The notes beneath the pieces are model-generated. The model worked only from the letters and a program-made list of their open reading frames with translations. It was not told the origin of the DNA and made no database searches. Shown here piece after piece: positions 51,847 through 64,000 of a stretch of DNA of 64,000 bases. Origin of the DNA: Azolla caroliniana (Eukaryota; Plantae; Polypodiophyta); NCBI GenBank assembly GCA_043228905.1, contig JBHGNT010000002.1:21576001-21640000 (forward strand). The letters are read 5' to 3'. The translations under genes were made by a program, and so were the position numbers. How positions within the stretch are numbered: position 1 is the stretch's first letter; every line of letters begins with the position of its first letter.

Positions 51847-53185
51847 TGTAGATGGCGTAATGTAAAAATTGAGGATTTTGAGGCATAATGTTCACCATCA
51901 CTTCATATTATATTTGTATATGAGAACATCTGTAATTGTTTATCGTTTAATTAAATTCACCAGTTCATAATTTCCCTTTTTAATCATTATTGGAATCGTT
52001 GTTTGTATTTACATATAATTGGTCACCATGCTCTTCTTCAGTTTGAGATATTAACATGATATTGTAATTTCTCATTTCTGTTAGCATGACTGTATATGAA
52101 AAGGCGAATGTTTTTGATAATAAGAGGTTTTTAGTTACCTACGGTTCAAGTCTACTGGTTCCACATAGTATAAATGAATGTCGTACGTAATTGTTACTCT
52201 TACCAATTACATTGTCATGAACTATATGACATTATACAATGAAACTATCGATATACCCGTCCAACAAGTGGGGTACTACTTTATTCCTAAACCCAAAACC
52301 ACATATTTATAATTACGGTTTATGTAGTTTTACTCTACAATTTGAATATGGATACCAATTTTAGAACTTTATATTGAACCAAGTCTTCAATTGTGCTCCA
52401 TGATATGCAAATTGACACGAATGTGGACACATATACAATTTAGTAATTGCTAGGTTTTTTTTGTTCTATATTTAACCATCAAGTCGCAAAAGGGGTACGC
52501 ATGCATCGTATATTTTCGATATCGGGCTAAAATAGGGTACTTTTCTACATCTGGCCAACTATGCCAAAAGAGAATACGACATATTACCTGTTTCAAATGA
52601 CCCGGTGTTACATGAAGAAACTGTCCGTTCCACTGGCATGATCGGCTTCTGTCCGTACATCAGCTCTGCCGGCAAAAAACCTGTCACCGAACTGTGCGTA
52701 GTTCAGTCCGCCCATAGTGCGTAAGGAAGGAGTCGCGGCCAATTCCCGACCTGCCCTCCGCATGCACGCACCAACGCCTTTACGATAGGCCTGTGCCCAC
52801 GTTCCACCTTTCCGTTCGCCTCCGGATTGTACGCTGTAGTGAGGGAGAGTTTGACGCCTAACCGGTCGAACAACTCCTCAGCTTCTCGCGCACACAGCTC
52901 TCCCCGGTCCGCCACGATCCTCCTGACGCACCCGTACCGACACACTACTTCTTCGATCAGGAACCGGCATACCGCCACGGTTGTCTTGCTTTGCAGTGCA
53001 CAGCCTTCCACCTGGTTTGTTAAGTCTTCCTGTGCAAGCACCAGGTATCGCATCTGTCCTACCCCCATCGGCATCGTCACCAAGTCCACCATCCACTTGA
53101 AATGGACTGTAGGCGGGTAGGTCGGGTGTAGCTCGTCCCGATGTTGGAATACGGAGTGCATCTGACAGCTTTCGCAGGTCGTTAC

Positions 53186-53823
53186 TGAAAAGAGAGATGA
53201 TGATAGAAAAGAGAGAGAAGGAAGAAATAGAAACCCAAATCTACAAAGATATATTAATAAGGAGTGATAATCATAGAAACAAGAGAAAGAAGATACATAA
53301 ACTCAAGCCTACAAGGATGAATTGATCACTAGAAAAACGCACTACATGAATAGGCAAGAAAAACACCACAAGAAAAAAGCTCTCTTCACCACCTCACTCT
53401 TCTTGCTTTATATGAAGTTCTCCTCTAGTAGATAAGTTTCGCTTGCTTTCTTTTCCACGCTTTTTTTAGAGCTTTTCCATCTCCTATTATTAGCTATGAC
53501 ACAACGATCTTCTAATCGTCATATCTCCCTCATCCATGCTCCAAATTTAGAGTTTTAAAAAGCTACGGATAGCTCTCGTCATAAGCTTTCTAACCCATAT
53601 TTACACTAATATTGGGGTGCCAAAAGAGAGAATTATGAGCGTTTGTTTCTGACTGCTTTTTGGTGGTCTGCTTTTTCCTTCTTTTACTTTTCTCCATCTT
53701 TCTTGCTTTTAGTTTGACTTATACTTGAAACCTTAGCTCGTGTTCTTGGCCTTCGGGTGTGAATGCTCCATACCTTATATTTTTGTAGACTTCAATACCT
53801 TGAATTCTAAAAACACTTTCACA
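53186..53823. mobile_element. Solo LTR (638 bp) of an unrelated family
   Basis: TG...CA ends; 5-bp TSD GTTAC (53181-53185 / 53824-53828) restores host HRFVTTCES; AT-rich, non-coding. Confidence 0.85.
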
Positions 53824-56800
53824 GTTACGAACCGATGCATGTCCTGGTATAGCCCCGGCCACCAGTACTTCTCCTTTAGCTTCTCGAACGTGGCCCACGT
53901 TCCGCGGTGTCCGGCCCAGGGGCTCTCGTGAAATGCCGCCAATAGTTTCCCCTGTTCTTCTTTCTTTGCCACTACTCGGAGTGGGATGCCGCTTCTCTTC
54001 TTTGGGTGCCTCCATATGCACCCATCCCGTAGGAAGAATCGGTACGCCTTCTTCCGTACCCGGCTCGCCTCCTTTCTCGCCCATGTTGCGTCCGGCGTCA
54101 TCGTCCATAGGAACCACTCGATTTGGAGCCACTCCCCGTTGTACTTGCTTTCGTCAAATTCATTAAACGCCGGAGTGTTCCTTTTCCTCGTCGTTACGTT
54201 AGCCAACCCAAAGAAGTCCTCGCCGACTTCTTCGTCTTTCGAAACCATGTCGTCTTCGTCGTTGAACCTTGCCCTCGAAAGCATGTCGGCCATGGCGTTG
54301 TCCTTTCCGGAGATGTGCTGTATCTCCGGGTTCAGGGACTTAATGTACGCTATCCACCGGAGCATTGCTAGGTCCGGCGTCGCGCATCCGGAAACCATGC
54401 CGAGTATCGGCAAGCAGTCCGTCTCGATGATCACCTCCGTCCCGATCAAATAATCCTTGTTGTCCTTGACTGCCGAAATGACACCCCAAAGCTCGCGCTT
54501 AACTTGGGCGTATCCTCGCTTCCGCTCGCTCAATACCTTCGCCCCGAACCGGATTGGGAATCTTACGCCGTCCTTGTCCTCCTGACTAGTTACCCACCCG
54601 ATCCCGGTCAGGCTGGTGTCCACCGTCAGGCAGATGGGAACATCCTTGCCGTAAACCTCTTTACGGAGAGCCGACGCTACCGTAAGCGCCTCCTTTAGTC
54701 TCCGTACCGACTCCGTGTGCTCCGTCCTCCACTCAAAGCTACGCCCCTTTTTCAATAGTCCATAGAGGGGTTCCGCGACATGTGTGTAGTGCGGGATCCA
54801 GATGTGGTAGAACGTGCATGCTCCCAAGAATCTACGGACCTCCGTGACCGAATCGCAGTCATGCTTCATCGCGGAGATGGCTTCCACCTTGGCCGGAGAC
54901 GGTTTCCGACCATATGGTTCGCATAGGTGCCTGACGACCATGATCTCTGATTGCCCGAAGGCCGACTTTTCCCCGGAGAAGGTGAGCCTCGCGCCTTCTA
55001 GTCTCTACAACACCTTCTCGCAGTCATCGATGTGGGACACCACTAAATTCCGACATCCGTCTGGCCCGATTGCCTTGTCCTTTTTCTCCACCGGGATTCC
55101 CTGATCGGGATGTCATCTAAGAATGGCCTGGTGATGTCCGGGATACAATCCCTGAGCACTTTGTTCATCGTGTTCACCATGTGAGCCACTGAGTTCGTCC
55201 CTCCTTGTGGCAGGGTACACATCCGCACTAGGCCGAGAGGAGTTCGCATCGTCGTAATGTCTCTACTCTCCACGACTAGTTGGAATTGATCGTACCCCGA
55301 GTACCGATCACCGACAGAATAGATCGACCTTCCAACGAAGGCCTCTGCGAACTCGTCTATGGTCGGTCGGATTCCTGCATTACGGATGGTCACCTTGTTG
55401 ACCGGTTGCAGCGCGCCGTTCTTCTTCGGCACCGTAAACCACCAATTCGAATATGGGGCACTCGACGGTTCGAGGATTCCCATCTCCACCTTTTGCTTCA
55501 AGAGCTCCATCAACTTCGAGATGTGAGCTCTTGGCACCGGAATCGGCTTGACATTCCACGGTACATGCGGTACTGTGAAGATCACCATCGGCTCGACAAC
55601 TGTCGGGTCTACGCACCCGATCTCCTCCGGTGAGAATGCGAAAGTCTTCCTGTGCCTCCCAAGCATCCTCCGAAACCGATCCTCCTCCGCCGGCAACAAA
55701 AAGCCGCCCCCACCGACCTTGAGCTCCCGTAGCGTTATGTCGGTGAACCGGTGCCCTATGCCAGCCGGATTCCGTAAACTTGGGTCCGACGAGACACCTT
55801 TTATCCGCTCCTCGCTGCCCTCCGGCAAGGGTGCCACGACTGGCCTCACCTTCTGGTCCACAGTCTTGTACTTTGTATCTATGCGGGCCGTCCGATCCGA
55901 CCCGATGCTTTCGCCGAAGTCCGCGATGACTTCGTACATTCCCATTGACCCTACCGGAACGGTCCGGTCTTCTCTAAGGTCTTCACCGATCACCTTTCGC
56001 AGTTCGCCCAAGGTGTCGTCAAAAGAGATCGCCTCCACGGCGCCGCTGATGTATTCGTTGGGGAAGAGGAATCTGCATCCCCTGAGCCGCTCCTCCGCTC
56101 GCTTCCTCTCCCGGCTGCTAACGCCGGTTATAGTACAACCTTCGTTGTCGGAGAACCAAAATTTCCTACCTATGGTACAGGTCTTCTTCCATACTGTACA
56201 TTTGTGGGGTTCTTCCCGGGTGTCTGGACTATCGCGGCCCCACGCCTTAATAGCCCTCTCTAAAAATCCCCTCGGGTTTCGCCGTCAAGGGCCTCCCGGT
56301 TACGCTCGTGGTTTGGTCGCACCGTTAGGAACTAGATCGAGTGACACCCGTCCTGGCTCTTGACTCTTGCATAGGCTGAACCGTTGTCCAGCACCTTGGT
56401 CTCCATCCGTGCCGCCGTGATATATGGCTCTCCTAGTATAACCGGATGCGAGGACGTCTCCTGCACGAAGAAGTGTTGGTTGATCTCGACATCGCCGATT
56501 TTCATCAATACGTTCGGACAGGCCCCATGTAGTTCTTCCGTGGCGAGTGTCGCTGCCTGTATCTTCCAGTCGTGCTTGGTGTTGATCGGCCATTTACCCT
56601 TCTTGTAGAAATCCATGGACATTAGGTTGATTTCGGATCCATGGTCTACCAAAGCCACCACTGGTTCTAGAACGTTGCCGATCCGTACAGGGGTTTCCGT
56701 AGTTGCCCTTGCCCAATGCGGCTTCGTGTAGTCGCTTCCCGCCAACTCGTCTTCTAGGGCTTCGTCTTCCAAGTGCATGGTCCGCACCTCCATCGGCTTC

Positions 56801-57208
56801 TCCGGTTCCGGCTCCGTCGAGAGCCTCTTCCGCTTCACCAAGTCTACAATAGAGTCGTGGAACTCCCTCTTGGCGATTCCTAGCACCTCCCGCAATGACA
56901 GCTCCACTTTGTTGTCGAGGATACGTTCCTCCAGTACCTTTCGCAGGTCTGTTGCTCTCTCGATTTTGGTGCTCAATCGAAACCCCGCCTGCTTCTTTCC
57001 GTCCGGCGCGCCGAGGTTGTCGGCACTAGTCGGTTTTGGTCCGAACCGGGTCTCATACCTCTGCGGGGGACCGACCCCTCCGCCCTTTCCTGCCCGTTTG
57101 TCTTCCACCAGAACCTCGTAGTTCTGGCGAGCGGCTTCTACGAAGCCCGTCTTCTCTTCGAACGGATCGTTCCAACCGGTGACCTCCTGGACCCACTGTT
57201 CCGCGCGG

Positions 57209-60200
57209 TGTCGTGAAGAAAACCGTCCACAAGCAGAATCGGTACACCAGAGTGTAGGAACCGGCTCTTCATACACGTACGCCTTATGTTGTACATAGAA
57301 GATCCTAGGTAGGTAGATTCGGTAGGTAGGAAGTTAATGGGAAACGTCTCCTTCCTTGCCTATAAAAGGAGGGAGACGAGGAGGGAAAAAGGGGGATCGC
57401 GGAATTAGAGAGGAAGAAGTGTTGTCGGGTTGTCGACCGAAGGCTTCTCTCTCTCTTCCAAACTCCATAGCTCCTTTCTGTGCAGGTTTCGGGAGGCTCG
57501 CGCTGCTCTGAGGAATGCCCGAGTGCTTCCGGCAGCACCTCCAAGCTACTCCTTTCTTTCTATACGCTTACGAACAGGCATCGGCATCTGTTCGCCGGCC
57601 TGTTCGGTTGTAACCGACTTCGTGCTTCTTGTTGTTTGTCTCCGTTAATATATAGATACATACCTTAGTGTCTCTCTGTGTTGGTTTCCCGCTCGCGTCT
57701 TCGTGTCGAAGAGCCGTGTCCCTGTGGATCTACGCTCGCACCTAGTGGGTCTCTTCCCTTCTCCTTTCTCTCTTGTTGTTCGGTACAAGACCCCTGGGGT
57801 CCCGCCTCATTCCACGCATCCGCAAGGAATACCTCGACATCTTGGTGAACCCGACGTGAAAGAGGCGGCAGAAGAGCAGAAGATGAAAGGGTCGGATCGT
57901 GCGGAGGCCATGGCTTCGGCCATGGATCGGATATTGAGCGCACGCGAGGGCTCCGGCGCCCTCGACAGAGCCATTGAGGCGGTCGCCGGTACGATCGGCC
58001 GGTTCAGCGGAAAGGATGCAACGAAGTATTTGGCGTCCTACGGGGCAGAAATGCTGATGCGGGACATTCCGGAAGAGAGGCGTCTTGCCGGGTTCCCTCG
58101 AGTGGCGATGCCGAGCATCCATGTGGAGGTGCTCGAGGTACGGGCGGAGAGCCGTACCTGGGAGGAGTTCGAGGGCCGACTCCTAGAAAAATACGGGCTG
58201 GAAGACGCGCTCCGGCTTTCGAAACGGGACTTCATCGAATGGGTGGAGTCCTCCGGCAAGGGAAGAAACGCGTCGGCACTCCTCCGGGAGTTTGAGGAAC
58301 GCTTTGCGCACCTTTCGGCGCTTGACCGAACCGTTCTGGATACGAGCCGGGTCCTACTGTTTGTCAAGTCGGTGGACGAGCGGGACCGGGATCAAGTCGG
58401 CTCCTTGCTAGAAACCGAAGAGGGGCTGACGACCGACTGGGCTGCGGTAAAGAGAGTCTGTGGCCGTTTCGACAGACGGCGAGAATGGGCTGATAACGGG
58501 GCAGCCGGTGCGGGCTCGGTCACAGCAAGGAGGCTTGAACCTGCACTGCAAGGGCGAAGGGAAGAGACCCGGGAGTGGCTCGAAACCGGTTCGGCTTCGA
58601 CCGGCATGGTCAATGGCTCATCCGGAGGAGCAGCGCTGGAGGAGTTGACGCGGGCGATAAAGGATCTCCAGATCGCCCAGACTCGAAGGGAAGGCGGCAA
58701 ACCGGCTCGTGACCGACGGCCGGCAGCAAGGAACAGGTGCATGTGGTTCGACGAGGTCGGCCACATCCGAAAGGACTGCGGCGATTTCGCAGAAGCGTTG
58801 AGGAATCGGGTGGTGTACCTGTCGGAAGGACGGGTGCACGTCGGCGACATCAGAAGGGCCCTAAACCAAAACGACGGGCGAGGAGGTATGAAGAGACTGA
58901 TGGAAGAGGCAACGGTCCGACACGTGGAGGCCATCCACTACTCGACGTCGGCCGGCATTCGGTTCGGGGGCAGCGAGGCCTGAAAGGAGGGCAAAGACGG
59001 ATTCTGGTCGGCAATGCTGGAAGGTCTCGCCGGCGCACGGCTAAGGAAAGATGAAACGGACCGCGCTGAGAGACGGGTACGGGAAATAACCGGGTGGAGC
59101 GATCCGATCGAGGAGAAGACATGGTTCGTAGAAGCCGCCTGCTGGAACTACGAGGCGCTGGTAGAAGACAAACGAGTGGGGAAAGCCGGAGCGGCCGGGC
59201 CCTCACAACGATACGAGACCTGATTCGGGCAACAACGGAACGAAGCCGGTGGGTCCAGCGCGCAAGATAACCCCAGGAAGGGCGGATACGGACTGGGGAC
59301 GGAAATAGAAAGGACCACGGACCTACGAAAGGTCCTAGAAGAACGGATCCTCGACAGCAAGGTGGAGCTGTCATTGCGGGAGGTGCTAGGGATCGCCAAG
59401 AAGGAGTTCCACGACTCCATTGTGGACTTGGTGAAACGGAAGAGGCTGTCGACGGAGACGGAACCGGAAAGACCGGTGGAGGTGCAGACGACACATATCG
59501 ACGACTTGGCGCTGGAAGATGAGTGGGCGGAGAGCCACTATTCGAGGCCGCACTGGGCCCGAGCGACCACGGAGACCCCGGTAAAGATCGGAGAAGTTCA
59601 GGAACCGGTGGTGGCACTGGTGGACCACGGTTCGGAAATAAACCTGATGTCCATGGACTTCTACAAAAGGGGAAAATGGCCGATCAACACCAAGCACGGG
59701 TGGAAGATACGGGCGGCGACGCACGCCACCGAGGAACTGCACGGGGCCTGCCCGAATGTGCGTGTCAAGATCGGCGACATCGAGATTGACCAGCACTTCT
59801 TCGTGCAGGAGATGTCCTCGCATCCGGTCATATTAGGGGAACCATACATCACAGCGGCGCGAATGGAGACCAAAGTGCTGGACAACGGTTCGGCCTACGC
59901 GAGGGTCAAGAGCCAGGACGGGCGCCATTCGGTCCAATTTCTGACGGTGCGGCCGAACCACGAGCGAAACCGGGAATCCCTCGGTGGGGAGAACCAAGAG
60001 GATTTTTAGAGAGGGCTGCCAAGGCGTGGGGCCGAGACAGTCCGGACACTCGGGAAAGACCCCACAGCTGTACGATAGAACCGAAACCGAAGAAACCTTG
60101 TAAGATAGGTAGAAATTTTTGCTTCTCCGACAACGGAGGGTGTATGTTAGTCGGCATCGTTGGCCGAGAAAAGGCAAGGGCGGAAGTACGACTTTGAGCG

Positions 60201-63200
60201 TGGGGAGTTCTCGGCCCGAACGAGGAAATCAGCGGAGCCGTGGAGGCGATCTCCTACGACGACACCTTGGGAATGCTGAGGAAGGTAGTCAGAGAAGACC
60301 TTAACGAAGACCGGACGATACCGGTATGTTCCGAAGAGATGTACGGAGTCATCGCGGACTTCAGTCAGGGGCTCGGGTCGAATCGGACAGCCCGGGTTAG
60401 CACAAAGTACAAGACTGTGGACCGGAAGGTAAGGCCAGTCGCGGCACCCTTACCGGAGGGCAGCGAGTACCGAATCAGAGGGATTGCGTCGGACCCCAGT
60501 TTACGAGATCCGGTCTGCATAGGACACACCTTCACCGACGGGACGCTCCGGGAGCTCAAAATCGGTGGGGGCGGGTTCCTACTGCCGGCGGAGGAAGACC
60601 GGTTTCGGAGAATGCTCGGAAGGCACGGGAAAGCCTTCGCATTCTCACCGGAAGAGATCGGGTGCGTAGACCCGACAATCGTGGAGCCGATGGTGATATT
60701 CACGGTACCACATGTGTCGTGGAATCTCAAGCCGATTCCAGTACCGAGAGCTCACATCCCAAAGTTGATGGAGCTATTCAGGCAGAAAGTCAATATGGGC
60801 ATTCTGGAACCGTCGAGTGCCCCGTACTCGAACCGATGGTTTACCGTACCAAAGAAAAACAGAACATTGCACTTCATTCAAGACCTGCAGCCGGTCAACA
60901 GAGTGACCATTCGGAACGCAGGAATCGGACCGACCATAGACGAGTTCGCAGAGGCCTTCGCCGGAAGGTCGATTTACCCGGTCGGTGATCTGTACTCGGG
61001 GTACGACCAGTTCCAGCTAGCCGTGGAGAGCAGAGACATTACGACGATGCGAACCCCCCTCGGCCTAGTGCGAATGTGTACCCTACCACAAATAGGGACC
61101 AACTCGGTGGCCCACATGGTGAATGCAATGGACAAAGTACTGAGGGATTGCATCCCGGACATCACCATGCCGTTTCTAGACGATATCCCGATAAAGGGGT
61201 GCCCGGTGGAAGAGAAGGACGAGACACTCGGGCCGGACGGATGACGGCGATTCGTGGCAACACACATCGACGATTGCGAGAAGGTGCTACAAAGGCTAGA
61301 GGATGCGAGGCTCACCTTCTCCGGGGAGAAATCGGCCTTCGGGCAACCAGAAATCCTGGTGGTCGGGCACCTATGTGGACCATATGGCCTGAAGCCGTCT
61401 CCGGCAAAGGTAGAAGCCATCTCCGCGATGAAGACCGACTGTAGCTCGGTTACGGAAGTTCGGAGGTTCCTGGGGGCATGCGCATTTTACCACATATGGA
61501 TCCCGCATTACGCCCACGTTGCGGAACCGCTATACGGGTTGCTAAAGAAGGGGCGAAAATTCAAGTGGCGAGACGAGCACACGGAGTCGGTCCGGAAGCT
61601 GAAGGAAGCTCTTGCGGTAGCACCGGCGCTCCGGAAGGCTGTCTACGGGAAGGGTACCCCGGTATACATAACAGTGGATACGAGTCCGCCGGGATCGGAT
61701 GGGTCGTCAACAACGAAAACGAGGACGGCATTCGGTTCCCGATCTGATTCGGCGCAAAGGTCCTCAGTGACCGACAGCGAGGGTACGCCCAGGTAAAACG
61801 CGAACTCTGGGGTATGGTTTCGGCAGTAAAGGCCGACAAAGACTACCTGATCGGGATAGAAGTGATTATCGAGACGGACTGCCTGCCAATTCTTGGCATG
61901 GTTTCCGGATGCGCGACACCGGACCTGGCGATGCTCAGGTGGATAGCGTACATCAAGTCCCTGGACCCGGAAATACGACACATTTCCGGAAAGGACAACG
62001 CCATGGCCGACATGTTTTCGAGAGCGAGGTTTGATGACGAGGGCGGCATGGTTTCGGAGGACGAAGAAGTCGGCGTGGACTTCTTCAGAGCAACGTACGT
62101 GACGACCGATGGGACGAGCACTCCGACACTTAACGACTTCGACGAGAGCAAGTACGACGGCGAGTGGCTACAGATCGGTGGGTTTTTGAGGACAATGACG
62201 CCGGATGTGTCATGGACGAGGGATGAGGTCAACCGGATCCGGAAGAAAGCATACCGATTCTTTCTCCGGGACGGATACTTATGGAAGCACCCGAAGAAGA
62301 GGAACGGCGTCCCGCTCCGGGTGGTGGCGATGAAGGAAGAACAGGAGAAGTTGCTGATGGCCTACCACGACAGCCCTTGGGCTAGACACCGTGGAACGTG
62401 GGCCACATTCGAGAAGATAAAGGGGAAGTACTGGTGGCCGGGATTGTACCGGGACGTGCATCGGTTCGTGACAACTTGCGAGAGCTGTCAGATGCACTCC
62501 GTAGTCCGACATCGGGACGAGCTTCACCCTACGTACCCTCCGACCATCCACTTCAAATGGATGGTAGACCTGGTGACGATGCCGATGGGAGTAGGACAGA
62601 TGCGGTATCTGGTCCTAGCTCGGGAAGATCTGACGAACCAGGTAGAAGGCCGAGCCCTTCAGAACAAAACGACCGCGGCCGTATGTTGGTTCCTGATTGA
62701 GGACGTTATATGCCGATACGGGTGCGTCGGGAAGATCGTGGCTGATAGCGGGGAGTTGGACGCCGAAGAGGCCAAAGAGCTGTTCGACCGGCTAGGCGTC
62801 AAGCTCTCGCTTACCACTTCGTACAATCCGGAGGCGAATGGGAAGGTGGAGCGCGGACACGGACCGATCGTCAAGGCGTTAGTTCGGGCATGCGGAGGTC
62901 AAGTCGGGAACTGGCCGCGGCTGCTGCCTTACGCGTTGTGGGCGGACCGAACTACGTACAGTTCGGTAACCGGATTCATGCCGGCAGAGCTCATGCTTGG
63001 GCGGAAGCCGATCATGCCGATGGAACGTACGATCTCCTCATGGGCAACCGTGGACTGGAGAGACGAGATGAGTCGGGAGGACCTGTTGGCGGCGCGCATA
63101 CGACAGCTCGAGCGAAGACCGGAGGACGTGGAGCAGGCCGCGGGAAAGCTTCGGGTGGCAAGGACGAGGAACAAAGCCCGGTTCGACCGAACGCACAGGC

Positions 63201-64000
63201 TCCGACCGAAGAAGACCGAGGAAGGTGACTGGGTGCTAGTCTACGACAGCAGCCTCACGACGACGAGCCGGATCCGGTTAACCTGGACCGCGACGACGAA
63301 CGATCCGAAACCGAGGAAGACCCGACGGGTGAGGAATGAAGGCTGGACCGGTTTTCTCCGTCCCGACTCAATTTGGCGCATGCCGGAGGATGCGCGGTTA
63401 GGTGGGGGCAGATGTCGTGAAGAAAACCGTCCACAAGCAGAATCGGTACACCAGAGCGTAGGAACCGGCTCTTCATACACGTACGCCTTATGTTGTACAT
63501 AGAAGATCCTAGGTAGGTAGATTCAGTAGGTAGGAAGTTAATGGGAAACAGCTCCTTCCTTGCCTATAAAAGGAGGGAGACGAGGAGGGAAAAAGGGGGA
63601 TCGCGGAATCAAAGAGGACGAAGTGCTGTCGGGTTGTCGACCGAAGGCTTCTCTCTCTCTTCCAAACTCCATAGCTCCTTTCTGTGCAGGTTTCGGGAGG
63701 CTCGCGCTGCTCTGAGGAATGCCTGAGTGCTTCCGGCAGCACCTCCAACCTACTCCTTTCTTTCTGTACGCTTACGAATAGGCATCAGCATCTGTTCGCC
63801 GGCCTGTTCGGTTGTAATCGACTTCGTGCTTCTTGTTGTTTGTCTCCGTTTATATATAGATACATACCTTAGTGTCTCTCTGTGTTGGTTTCCCGCTCGC
63901 GTCTTCATGTCGAAGGGCCGTGTCCCTGTGGATCTACGCTCGCACCTAGTGGGTCTCTTCCCTTCTCCTTTCTCTCTTGCTGTTCGGTACAAGACCCCCG
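57209..64000 (+). mobile_element. Ty3/Gypsy element H (close relative of I), nearly full length
   Basis: 5' LTR 57209-57839; PBS 57843-57860; gag-PR 57883-60009; pol about 60000-63340; PPT; 3' LTR from 63413 runs off the window. Confidence 0.96.
60000..60065 (+). promoter_or_regulatory. Putative -1 ribosomal frameshift signal (G GAU UUU plus H-type pseudoknot)
   Basis: Slippery heptamer just before the ORF1 stop; the -1 frame is the RT frame; stems GGGCTG/CAGTCC and GTGGGG/CCCCAC are conserved across copies. Confidence 0.75.

Larger units (their letters stand above)
45048..52610. mobile_element. 7.56-kb TIR DNA transposon (Sola1-like transposase) carrying a ParB-like/DNA amino-methyltransferase gene
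   Basis: Perfect 34-bp TIR TAACACCGGGTCATTTGAAACAGGTAATATGTCG (45048-45081 / 52577-52610); CA duplication; removal restores host integrase VSSWAAVDW. Confidence 0.92.
43791..57208 (-). mobile_element. Ty3/Gypsy element G (tRNA-Trp family); host of the MTase transposon, a solo LTR and element H
   Basis: 3' LTR 43791-44516 with an (AG)n tract, PPT; IN, RH, RT and PR pieces rejoin across the insertions. Confidence 0.9.

Noticed and set aside
45051-52607. CACTA/EnSpm element (CACC..GGTG ends)
   Set aside because: TIR extends 3 bp further, no matching TSD at those ends, and the transposase motifs are not Tnp2-like.

Overview
Eukaryotic DNA, probably from a land plant; the Tcn1-like chromovirus, the tRNA-Trp-primed non-chromoviral Gypsy family and the telobox repeats suggest a bryophyte (inference). 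The window is almost entirely nested, mostly decayed transposable elements, and no host gene was recognised. Retroelements: four copies of one Ty3/Gypsy family (A, I, G, H); two copies of a second Gypsy family with three zinc knuckles (X, B); a chromovirus (F); two related Ty1/Copia copies (C, D); a further Copia remnant; and a solo LTR. The A/I/G/H family has a tRNA-Trp PBS, CpG-centred 4-bp target sites and a probable -1 frameshift with pseudoknot between protease and RT. Two large TIR DNA transposons carry intron-containing cargo genes. (1) 45048-52610 has perfect 34-bp TIRs, a Sola1-like DDD transposase and a divergently transcribed 6-exon gene for a ParB/Srx-like domain fused to a prokaryotic-type beta-class N6-adenine/N4-cytosine DNA methyltransferase; this is the most notable item. 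(2) 12463-24159 has 25-bp GGG..CCC TIRs, a TCTA TSD, a Sola2-like transposase, a RING-finger gene, an FCP1/NIF-like pseudophosphatase exon and palindromic AGCTAATTAGCT arrays. All coding sequences examined carry stops, frameshifts or truncations.
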